Shown here in pieces: positions 12,080 to 22,900 of a stretch of DNA of 47,814 nt; position 1 is the stretch's first letter, and every line of letters begins with the position of its first letter. Under the pieces are notes generated by a model. The model ran no database searches and was not told the origin of the DNA. It saw only the letters and a program-made list of their open reading frames with translations. The translations under genes were made by a program, and so were the position numbers. The DNA lies in IMG/VR virus record IMGVR_UViG_3300029305_003072; one strand, 5' to 3'. The stretch is from a virus. Lineage: Duplodnaviria > Heunggongvirae > Uroviricota > Caudoviricetes.

Positions 12080-13561
12080 TTGGCAAATTATGTAAAATTT
12101 ATGCGTGGTACTCCAAAAGCCTATGAAATGCTTTTAGCCAGTCCAGAGAAACCAAATGTTGATACTCTGTATTTTATTTCCGAAGCAGATTCAACTAATG
12201 CGGTTTTATATTTGGGTGAAAAGCTAATTGCGGGCGGAGGGGGAGCCGCAGGTAAAATTAGTTTAAGTGAATTAACTGATATTGCTTTAAGTACAGATTT
12301 AGCTGATAAGTCTATTTTAGTATATGATACTGCTTCTGGTAAATGGGTTGATTCTACATTAGAACAAGCTATTTCTGTTTTTATCGGTGCTAGTAAAGAT
12401 GCCGCAGGTACAGCTGGACTTGTTCCTGCTCCTGGATATGGAGAAACCAATAAGTTTTTACGTAGTGACGGCACTTGGGTATCTATTGACAGTTCAGAAG
12501 CAACTATTATCACTATTGAAAATGAAGATAGTGAAGTCATGCATCAAGAGTTAATTGACCAAACCACACAAGGATGGTTGCCATGTGCTGGTGATATTAT
12601 CATTATTAAAGATATTATTATCAATGATAAATGGCAATATACTTCTTATGTATATAATGGTTCTACATGGGCAGCCATGGATGGAAACTATAATGCTGAA
12701 AATGTGTATTTTGATTCTGATTTCACATTTACAACTCCAGTTGGTACAGTCACTATTCCTTCTACTGGTAGTAAAGTAGTGGATGCCGCAGGAATGAATA
12801 TTAAGGATTTCTTAGCAAGTATTTTTGCAGAAGAACAAAATCCTACTACGACAAAACCCTCTATTGCTTTCACTAAACCTTCTAGTGATGCTTCTTATGA
12901 AGTTGGAACTAAAGTAACTCCAGAATATGCATTAAGTTTCAATAGCGGCTCTTATACTTATAATACAAGCACTGGTGTTACTGCTACTGGATGGAATGTT
13001 AGTGATGGAACAACCACTCGTACTACTCAAAGTGGTACAATGGAAGAAATTCAAGTTATTGATAATATGAATTATAAAATGACTGCAACAGCTACTTATT
13101 CAGATGGTATTATTCCTTCTACCAATTTAGGCAAGGAATATGCTGATGGACAAATTAAAGCTGGAACCACCAGTTCTAAAACTTCTAAATCCATTACTGG
13201 ATATAGACAATGTTTCGCTGGTGGAGATTCTACTGGAAGTGAATTAACTTCTGCTTTTATCCGAGACAATTTAGCTGGAAAAGGCAACGGCGCTTCTAAT
13301 AGAACTATTACTTGGGCCGCAAGTGATTTAGCTGGTATGAAGCGTTATATTATTGCGCTTCCTGTGAGCGGTGGTAAGAGCGTTACATCTGCAATTATTA
13401 CTTCAAGTATGAATGCAGATGCTACTGCAGATTATGTAAAACAAACCGCAACTGTTGAGGTTGAAGGTGCAAATGGATATACTGCAGTCGATTATAATAT
13501 TTGGATTTATGCACCTGCTTCTATTGCAAGTACAGAAGTGCATAGTGTTACAATTGGATAA
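12080..13561 (+). CDS. Tail/head fibre-like protein with Ig-like C-terminal region (493 aa)
   Basis: TTG start with RBS AAAGGAG, TAG-free. The N-terminus is VKFMRGT...TLYFISE, followed by fibre motifs LSELTDI..SILVYD..SGKW and AGLVPAP...KFLRSDGTW. Confidence 0.7.
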   Translation: MANYVKFMRGTPKAYEMLLASPEKPNVDTLYFISEADSTNAVLYLGEKLIAGGGGAAGKISLSELTDIALSTDLADKSILVYDTASGKWVDSTLEQAISVFIGASKDAAGTAGLVPAPGYGETNKFLRSDGTWVSIDSSEATIITIENEDSEVMHQELIDQTTQGWLPCAGDIIIIKDIIINDKWQYTSYVYNGSTWAAMDGNYNAENVYFDSDFTFTTPVGTVTIPSTGSKVVDAAGMNIKDFLASIFAEEQNPTTTKPSIAFTKPSSDASYEVGTKVTPEYALSFNSGSYTYNTSTGVTATGWNVSDGTTTRTTQSGTMEEIQVIDNMNYKMTATATYSDGIIPSTNLGKEYADGQIKAGTTSSKTSKSITGYRQCFAGGDSTGSELTSAFIRDNLAGKGNGASNRTITWAASDLAGMKRYIIALPVSGGKSVTSAIITSSMNADATADYVKQTATVEVEGANGYTAVDYNIWIYAPASIASTEVHSVTIG

Positions 13562-13575
13562 GGAGGACCTGAGAT

Positions 13576-15093
13576 ATGGCTGTAATTAAAAAAGACGGCA
13601 ACTTCATGGGCCTTCCTATGAATGTTGCGAGAGGTAATCCAATTCCTCTTGATAAAAGTGAAATTTGGTACTCTTATGATGCAATGGAATTATATGCGCA
13701 AACCGACCCTGTCGCATATGTAGGTCAGATTCTAGGTTTAGTAGACGAGGCCGCAGGCACCGCTACTGCGTATATCATTCTAAATACCGCAGGTGAACTC
13801 CAAGAGATTGGAGCATCTGTTGATATTCCATCTTTAAAAGGAGATAATTCTTCTATTGTTATTAGCAATGAAATTATTGCCTTAAAGAACTGGGGTGTGC
13901 AATATTATAAATATGTTGCCGCAACTGAAACTACTGAAGCTGAATATGTCCTTCAAGTCGTTGACGATGAGAATCCTTGGATTAGTGGTTTAGAGCCAAA
14001 AGTCGCCAGCGAAAATGGACAAATGGTATTAGCTTGGTATCAACCAAACCCAACTACCATTGAAGGTTTAGGCAGTTAGTTATCTTCTTTACAAACTTCT
14101 GTAAGCGATTTACAAAAGAATACTTATACTAAAACTGAAGTTGATGAGAAGATTGCGGATGCTGGTCATTTAAAGCGAATTATCGTTAATTCTGTGGATG
14201 ATATTAATGTTAATGCCGCAGATGCTGACCAATATATTTATATGGTATTAACTTCTCCTGAGGATGAAGCTGACAAGTATGATGAATACATGGTTATTAT
14301 CTATGAGGATGAAACTGGTACAGAAGTTCGTTATGCTGAAAAAGTTGGTTCTTGGGAAGTTGATTTAAGTAATTATGTTACTAAAAATGCGCTACAAACC
14401 GAACTTAATAAGAAAGTTGATGCTGAAGAAGGCTATTCTTTAATTTCTGATGAAGAGAAAGCTAAATTAGAAGGCATTTAGGAAGGCGCGCAAAAGAATT
14501 ATATTACATCTGTTGATTCTACAAATTTTGCAGTTGAAGCTGGTAAGCTTTTATTGCAAGGAATTACTGTTGCACAAGTTCAAAATTTACAATCACTTTT
14601 GGACGCGAAGGTAAATAAAGAAGAGGGTAAAGGATTATCTTCTAATGATTTCACAGATGAACATATTCAAATTATTCAAGGTAATACTGCTAATATTCAA
14701 ACTCAAGGTAATAAAATTATTACCATTGAAAATGTATTGAATGATACAGAGATTGATGGTATTGTTACTCCTGGTTTGATTACTAAAGTAAATAATTTAA
14801 GTGTTGCTGTTCAAACTAACACTGATAATATTTCAACTAATGCAGGAAAAATTTTAACCTTAGAAGGTACGGTAGCAACGTAGGGTAATGCTATTACTTT
14901 ATTGCAAAAAGATGTTAGTGATTTAAAAACTAAGGTAAATGCAATTGATTTAACTAAATATGTTACTACTGAAATTTTCCAAGCTACAGTTGGTAACCTT
15001 GAAGAATTACAACAAAATCAAAAGACACTTCACACTCAGGTAAAAGAAATTCAAGAAGCTATTACTTGGGGTGAAATTAAAATTAATGCTTAA
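13576..15093 (+). CDS. Fibre-like structural protein with coiled-coil repeats (505 aa, TAG=Gln)
   Basis: RBS AGGAGG, 3 TAG (14077, 14479, 14881), TAA at 15091. Fibre repeats YTKTEVDEKI and KVNKEEGKGLSSNDFT are present. Confidence 0.75.
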
Positions 15094-15110
15094 GAAAGGG
15101 GAAAACTATA

Positions 15111-16832
15111 ATGGCAGATACTAATGTTATCACTATTGCTGATAATTCTCAGATTAAGTTTTTACATGGTTTACAAACCGCATTAGATGCTAAGAGAACC
15201 GCCCGTTCTGGCGAAAGCGGCACTTTCTACTTAACCAATGATACTCATAGATTATATGTTGGTTTAAGTGATGGTAGCATCGAAGCTGTTAATGAAGGTA
15301 TTACTACTTACGCTACCGTGGAGGTCTTACCAACTGCAACTGCTTTAAATGCTGGTCAATTCGTTTATATTACAGCTGATTCTATTTTAGCTGTTTCCAA
15401 TGGTCAAAATTGGGTTCAAATTAATGCCAATACAGATACCAATTATACTTATGGCGGTCTAGTCACAGGAGAGCAGACAGGAACTGTTACTGTAACAACT
15501 ACTTTAACAGAAATTGGTGAAGGTAATAGAAAACCTTCTTTCGCTTTCTCTTTAACTGGTAAAAATGGTATTACTATTGTTGAAGGTACAACAGATGGTA
15601 CTATTGAAGTATATGGTACTAAATTAGCCAGCGAAAATATGGCTCAAGATAATGCTGCAAAGATTAAGTTAGTTAATGAAGCTGGCGTACAGCAAAGTGC
15701 AGTTGTTATTCAGGGTGGTACCAATGTTACTGTTAGCGAAGATAATGGCGTAATTGGAATCACTGCTGCTGACACTAAATTAGATGGTAACACTCATACA
15801 GCAACCGCTCATGCTTGGGACCCCAAAGATGAGACCAATAAGCCTGGTGGATTTACTGTAACAGTTAAAGATACTGCTAATAGAAGTTCTAGTAGCACAT
15901 TTAATCCTGCAATTAAATATGGTGGTAGTGGCACTTCTACTGCTAAGTTCAGCAATGGTACTGCGACTTTAGATGTATATACTAAAGCAGAAGTTGATGC
16001 TTTAAGAGCAGACTTTGACGCAATGGAATATCAGGGTGTTGTTAATAGCATTCCTACTGGTTCCATTAAGAAAGGTTATACTTATAAAGTTGGTCAAGCT
16101 TTTGATGTAACAGTTAAAACCGATACTGGTACTGAAGAGATTACAGTACAGCCTGGTGACTTATTGATTGCAGAAGGCACTGAAGGTACCAATGGATTCT
16201 TAACTACTGTACAATGGGGTTATGTTCCTTCTGGTAATGAAGATACCACTTACTCTGTTGGTTTATTGACTCCAGCAAATGGTGGTGGTATTCAATTATT
16301 AGAAAAGAAAACTGGCACTACTACTGGTACTAATGCTGGCTCTATTTCTGTATTAAGTGGAAATTGTATTACTGTAAGTCCAAGTTCAGACACTGCTTCT
16401 AAGGCAATGTCACTGACTATTAATCATAATGCGGTAAGTACTACTGACCCAGCTAGAGATACCACTGGTACTTTAAATAATCCTACTCTTGGCACCGATT
16501 ATGTTGCTAAGTCAGAAGATATTGTTATTATTGATGCCTCTAAGGGCGAAAATGGTATTGATAGAGACAATTATGGTCATGTACAGAAAGTATATACCAA
16601 GACCGTTAAAGTCTATGATACTAATGCTCGTTTAACTGGAATGACTTCCAGTGTATCTAGTGACACTGCTAAGACTAAGGCTACTGTTTCTATTAAGGGT
16701 CAAGTAACTGGCTCTAAGAATCAAAAGAGTGAGCAAACTGCTACTTTCTATGTTGAGTCTACTCATAGTAACTTGCAGGTAAGTAGCTCTGGCTCTAGCG
16801 TTCAGATGTCTCTGGTTTGGGGCACTTTCTAA
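15111..16832 (+). CDS. Fibre-like structural protein (573 aa)
   Basis: Intact TAG-free ORF, Thr/Gly-rich, with N-terminus IKFLHG...GTFYLTNDTHRLYVG and a YTKAEVDA motif. Confidence 0.75.
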   Translation: MADTNVITIADNSQIKFLHGLQTALDAKRTARSGESGTFYLTNDTHRLYVGLSDGSIEAVNEGITTYATVEVLPTATALNAGQFVYITADSILAVSNGQNWVQINANTDTNYTYGGLVTGEQTGTVTVTTTLTEIGEGNRKPSFAFSLTGKNGITIVEGTTDGTIEVYGTKLASENMAQDNAAKIKLVNEAGVQQSAVVIQGGTNVTVSEDNGVIGITAADTKLDGNTHTATAHAWDPKDETNKPGGFTVTVKDTANRSSSSTFNPAIKYGGSGTSTAKFSNGTATLDVYTKAEVDALRADFDAMEYQGVVNSIPTGSIKKGYTYKVGQAFDVTVKTDTGTEEITVQPGDLLIAEGTEGTNGFLTTVQWGYVPSGNEDTTYSVGLLTPANGGGIQLLEKKTGTTTGTNAGSISVLSGNCITVSPSSDTASKAMSLTINHNAVSTTDPARDTTGTLNNPTLGTDYVAKSEDIVIIDASKGENGIDRDNYGHVQKVYTKTVKVYDTNARLTGMTSSVSSDTAKTKATVSIKGQVTGSKNQKSEQTATFYVESTHSNLQVSSSGSSVQMSLVWGTF

Positions 16833-16835
16833 TTT

Positions 16836-16886
16836 GAGGACAAAAGGTATTAAGAAGATTATTTCGATTTTTAATTAAAAATAGAG
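16836..16886 (+). promoter_or_regulatory. Recurrent upstream motif copy 1 (GAGGAC-N39-ATAGAG), putative phage late promoter
   Basis: Matches five other intergenic copies in spacing and contains AGATTA. Promoter function is inferred. Confidence 0.4.
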
Positions 16887-16894
16887 GATAATCT

Positions 16895-16938
16895 AATAGG
16901 TGGGAAGAAGATTATTCTTCTCACCTATTTTTTTGTTT
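16895..16938 (+). terminator. Intrinsic terminator-like hairpin in the leader of the giant gene
   Basis: AATAGGTGGGAAGAA-gatta-TTCTTCTCACCTATT followed by a T-run. Confidence 0.7.
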
Positions 16939-16965
16939 ATAAAGGAAAGAAAGGAGTTTAAATAA

Positions 16966-19900
16966 ATGAGTGAAAATTATGGCGTAAAATTTATTCCCGT
17001 CCGTGGTTATGACAGTAAGATTCAGCGTGCTGAAGTAAAAGATGGATGGATTTATTTTGCTACTGACTCAGGTAAGATTTATGTCGATAGCCAGGGCCAA
17101 AGAACTATTATGGGTTCTGCGGGCGCCGCAATTTACTATGGTGAAGTTGAGAAACCAGAAGTAAATGAAGATACGGGCTATGCAACACTTCCTAAGAGCG
17201 CTGTTAAAGGCGACCCTAAGAAAGGCGACCTAATCTTAAATTCCGATGGCGGTTTCTATAAAGTTGAATTAATTGGTGAAGAAAACTATACTTGTGAATT
17301 GCTTTCTATTAGCGGCACAGGCGGTGGTCCCGGTGTTTCTACTACTACTCGTCCATCAATCACTTTAACTCTTGACAATACTAACTTCATTAATGGTCAA
17401 GAGGCTTATTTCCATATCCATGCAGAGTCTGCTTTAGAGGCAGATGGTGTGACTCCTGTAGATACTACATTGAATGTTGTATATTCTTTGGGTACTCGTA
17501 TTTCCGACGAGGTTATTGATAACTATACTACTCAAACTCGTACTTATAAGACTGGTGAATCTGACTATGAGGGCGTTCCCGGTATTATTGATGACTATAT
17601 TGAAATTGGTTCTCTATTAAGAGAGTCCTCTTCTAGTGTGTTGTCTGTTTATGTTCAAGGTGCAAATCATGACGAAAAGAGCCGTACTAGAACTGTTGAC
17701 TTATCAACTTCTGCATTAAAGTTATCTCAAGTTTCCGGTTATAACCCAGCTACTAGATATCCTACTTCTGGATTCCAAATTAAGTGCGGAGTTGTTGGTT
17801 CTTTATCTAAGGTCTTAGATTTCTACTATGATGATATGAATACTCCTGCTGAAACTCGTGTTATCGAGGCTAACGTAGCTAATAGTACTCAGACATTTAC
17901 AGTAGGTACAGACAAAGCAACTCACGGATATCACACTGTTCGTATTGAGCTGTGGCAGAACACTGGTACTTCCAGTAATCCTAAGAGAGGCTTAGGAGTT
18001 GCTCCACTACAGTACGAAATCGCAGTTATTGAAACAAGTAACGCAAATGCTAAACCAGTAATTTGGTTGGGTGATTATAAGGCTGAATATTATAATTACG
18101 ATACTATTCAAATCCCATTCTTAGTATGGGACCCCGCAAATACCAACTCTACTAAAGTGCATTTGTATAAAAATAATATTGAATTAGAAAGCTCTCCTCG
18201 TGAAGTTAAGGATTTCTCTAAATTTGATTATTGGGAAATCGCTGATGCAGAAATGAATGCTTTAAATAGCTATCAAATTTCTTGCGGCGAGACTGATGAA
18301 AAATTTGTAAAGAGAGAAATTGAGTTTAAGGTTGTTAAAGACCCTAATCGTGATATGACTGTTGAGCAAGCAGGATTGTTATTAGACTTCTCTGCTACTG
18401 GACGTTCTAATTCTGAGTCCGCAGCTAAGAGACAGTTGTGGAGCTACACTTTGAATGGTGAAAAGAAAAACGCCATTTTCGAAAACTTTAACTGGTATAA
18501 TAACGGTTGGATGATGGATTCAAGCATTAACCAGTCTTGTTTAAGAATTAGTAATGGTGCTAGATTAACTATTCCATTCCAGCAGATGGTATTTGCTGCC
18601 GGTGTTAGTGGACAAGAGTCTCACACTGTTGAAATGCAATTCCGCATTCGCAATGTTCAAAAATATGATAATTTAATTACCAATATTACTCGTTATCAAG
18701 GTGACGGTGTTTGGTATGAAGCTTTTAAAGCTCAAAAAGATACTGGCTATTCTAACTATGATGCTTACTTACAAGCAACTTTAGACCCAGACACTTATGA
18801 TAATTTAAAATTCCAAACTGTTGAAAAGAATATTAACATTACTAATGTTGCCGCAGGTCTATATGATTATGATGCAACCAATGTTAAAGCTACTGGTTTC
18901 TGCGTAGGCACTCAGGACGCTTTCTTCTCAAACGGTGAAAATACTGTTAACGTAAACTTCGTTGAAGATGAGTTAATTAATTTAAGTTTTGTATATCAAG
19001 ATAGCTTAAAATATTTATATATCTATATCAATGGTGTTATTACTGGTGTTATTAAGTCTACTGACCCTGACGCCTTTACAATTAATAGTGGAAACTTTGT
19101 TTTTGATTCTAGTAATTGTGACATTGATTTATATAAATTGAGAATTTATAATTCTGATTTAAATGTTAATCAGATTGTACAAAATTTCTCTGTTGACCGC
19201 AAGAACGTAAAAATCTTTGACCAAAGTAATGCTTATGCATTGGCTGAGGAGAATAATAACTTGAAAGAGTTCCAGTTCTCTTATGAAGCTATGCTAAGAT
19301 ATAATGAAGCTCATCCTAATGAACCTTTGATGCCTTATATCATTTACGATACTGGTAATGCTACTTTACCATATAGTAAAGACGATACTAAATACATTAG
19401 TGTTGAATTTGTTAATACCAATTTGGAAAGAGCATATGCTAATGGTGAATTAGAGACTTTGGCTCGTGCCGATGGCTTAATCGCAGAAGGCGAAACTGAT
19501 AGTGATAAAATTAAAGAAGGCGTTCGCTTGTACTACAAGCATCATTGCCCATCTTGGATTTCCACTATGACTTCTGGAGATAAGGTTGAATTTGCTGTTC
19601 AGGGTACTTCTTCTGAGTTCTATCCTCGTCGTAATTACAAGATTAAGACTAAGGTAGAAGGAGAATTTAACTGGAAACCAATCGCAGACTTTACCGATAA
19701 GGAGAAGGCTGAATTAAAACCAGAAGAGCTTGAAAAATTAAATGCTGAGAGCGGTTTATATATGGAAGAAGATTCTTTAAATATCTTCTTAAACCGTGGA
19801 CCTTATGCTGAAGTTTTCGTTTCTGATAAAGCTAAGTTAGCACAAGATAGTAAATATCTTGGACATGAAGAGTGTCGTTGTGCTGATGGTTGGTATATGA

Positions 19901-22900
19901 ATAACTATACTAACGGAACTGATAGATGGACTATGAAAGTTGACTATATGGAATCTTCTGGTTCTTATAATGCAGGTTTCGCATCTATGGTTGGTAATGG
20001 TTATACTAAGCATCCTTTACAAGACTATTTAGCTTTATTAAATAATACCAATAAATTGGAACCTGTTGTTGATAGCTCTGTAATTAAGGGTATTCAATGG
20101 GGCGATTATCGTACTTCTCTATTGGGCTTCCCAGTTATGGCTTTCCAAAAGACTGGTTCTGGTGATAATGCTAAGTACACTTTCATCGGTTTTTATCGTA
20201 TGCTATTGGATAAGAGCTCTACTCAGGTCTTAGGATTTAAACCTAGTAAGAAAGTTACTAATAAGTTATTCCCTAAGGGTTTAAATGATGAAGGTAAAAT
20301 GGAATATAAGGCAGTACGAGACGTAGCAGAATGTTGGGAGTTCTCTAACAATGCTCGTGGTTATTGCTCTTATCGTGACCCATGGAGCCGTGTTGAATTA
20401 AGTTTCACACCTCCTACTAATTCCACTGTATCTAATGGTGGTTACAATGCTAATGAAGCTCCTGTTGTGGCTAATAGCTTTGAATATCGCTATCACAGCA
20501 AGGATGATTATATTGATATTCTTTACAACTTTAAGCAAGCTACTCAAGGTGAACTTGATGAAGTTGCTGAAGAGTTAGGAACTGGTACAATTCCTAAGGG
20601 CGATTTAGAGGCCGGTGCTAAGGCATTGCTATCTACTCATACTAACTGGGAAAAAGTATGTAAATGGTTGTGGAGTACTAATCTTGATGCAGTTGTTTCT
20701 CAAGGTACTTACTCTAAAGTTCCTGTCGGTGATACCGCATATGAGCCTGGTGTTTACTATGTAGTTGATGGTGATTCTTACGCTATTAGTAATGCCGACT
20801 TTGATGAAAACACTACCTACTATGTAAAGAGTGAAGTCAACTATGATGTTATCTCTTTAACTGCAGAGACTTATATTTCTGGTAAATATTACATCTTAAA
20901 TGCTGATGGTGAATATGTAATTGATGCAAGCACTTTTGATGCAAATAAGATTTATTATGAGCAGGTTATTGAAGACCGCTACATTCCAGTTAATGTATGT
21001 CCTGCTGAGTATGTATATGTAAAAGGTAAGTTCTATGTATTAACTGCTGGTGGAAACACTGTAAGCACTACTGATGATGTTTATGCATTATCTAATGAAG
21101 AATTTGCTGGTGGTACTACTTACTACGAATTTAAAGATGATACTCTAGACACTCTAAATTCTCGTTTTGACTTACTGATTGCTCCAGTAGATATTGAGAA
21201 TGCTACTTATGATGCTAATACTCAGTATTATACTTGGCATGGTATGGACTATGATATGAACGACGCTGCTAATGGTGTTGTTATTAACCCAGGTCATCCA
21301 ACCGGTGCAGTCCGCGCGGTCGAAACTCCTTCTCAAGAGGATTGGGCTAAGGGATTATATTATGTAGCAGCTCCAAAAGAATATGCTGGTAAGGTTTATA
21401 CTCACGATACTAAAGAATATCGTGCTGCTAAATTTACTAATGAATTTGAAGACCACTTCGACCCTGAGTACGTTGCTACTTACTTCGTAATGACTGAAGT
21501 TATGGAGTTATACGACTCTCGTGGTAAGAACTGTATGATGGCCTCTTGGGGTCCTCATGAAGCTGGTGGAGAGTACATCTGGTATCCAATCTTCTATGAT
21601 ATTGATACTCAGTTAGGTATTAACAATACTGGTATTCCTTCATTCGAATTCAATGTTGATGCTACTGAAGCAGGTAACTTCTCTACTTCTGATAGTATCT
21701 TGTGGAACAACTTCTATAAGTTCTTTAAAGACACTTGGATTGTTCCTAAATATAGAAACTTAAGAGGTAATGATACTCCTAAGTTTGCTAAATTATTAAA
21801 TGCAGACGGAACTAGTAAAGCTCCTTTACAGTCTGTTGATTATATTGAAAAGTGGTATACTTTTAATCCTGATGCAACTAATAATATTGCTTGTGAAGGC
21901 GAGCGTCCATTATTAGCTACTAATTTGGATATGTACTTTAAGTATATTACTATTTGTAACCCCAAAGCAAAAGAAGAGGGCGTTGCTCACTTGGGCGGCG
22001 AAGGTTCTGGTGGTGCGTTCGCTGAACCAGACACCGGCACTTACTTCTATGCTTTACAAGGTGACCGTTCTCAATCTCGTCAGCAGTTCGTTGGAAATCG
22101 TCTTGAGTACATTGACTCTTGGTTGACCCAAGGTAACTATGCTCGTGGTGGTGCGAACCGTCTATGGGGTCGTATTTCTGCTAACAACAGAAGTGACCTT
22201 GACTCTGATATTACTGATGTTCACTCTGATAAATGGACCAATAGCGTTGATGACCCATATTGGGTAAACAATGTACCTTTTGGAACCAAGACTCACGAGT
22301 TTGACTCTGAATATTGGATTGAACCTACTCCAATTCGAAGCGCATATGTTACTGCTGGTGATGACAGTATGAACTATCCTTCTAAGAAATATGATGGTAT
22401 CCATAAGATGCAATTCGTATTAAATGAATTGGAAAATGGTATTAAAAATAGTGACAACTATCCTGAACAGTTGTTATATATTTATGGTACTAACCAAATG
22501 TCTGATTTCGGTGACTTAAGTAAGATGTATTGGACTGAGTTTAAACTTGAGGGTAAGGCTGATAAGCTAACTCGCTTGAAGCTTGGTCATGATGGTACTA
22601 CCATTGACTATAAAGATAGTAATGCAAGTACTAAGACTGAAATTGGTTGGTATAATAAGAAGTTAAATGGTATTACAGTACCTACTTCACTACCTCTATT
22701 AAAAGAAGTTAACTTCTGTAATATTGGTCTAGTAAATGAAACTGCTCTTGATTTTAGCTCTTCTGAAAAGATGGAAAACTTCAGAGCTACTGGTGCAAGT
22801 AACTTAACTTCTGTTACATTTGCAGATGGTGTTGCGTTAAATACTTTGTATTTGCCTGCATCCGTTGGTTCTTTGGCCTTAACTCAAGCTAACTTGTTAA

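Noticed and set aside
20700-21395. Intein or group I intron interrupting the kinase-like domain
   Set aside because: The frame is continuous with a Tyr-rich repeat, and there are no splice-junction residues or homing endonuclease motifs.
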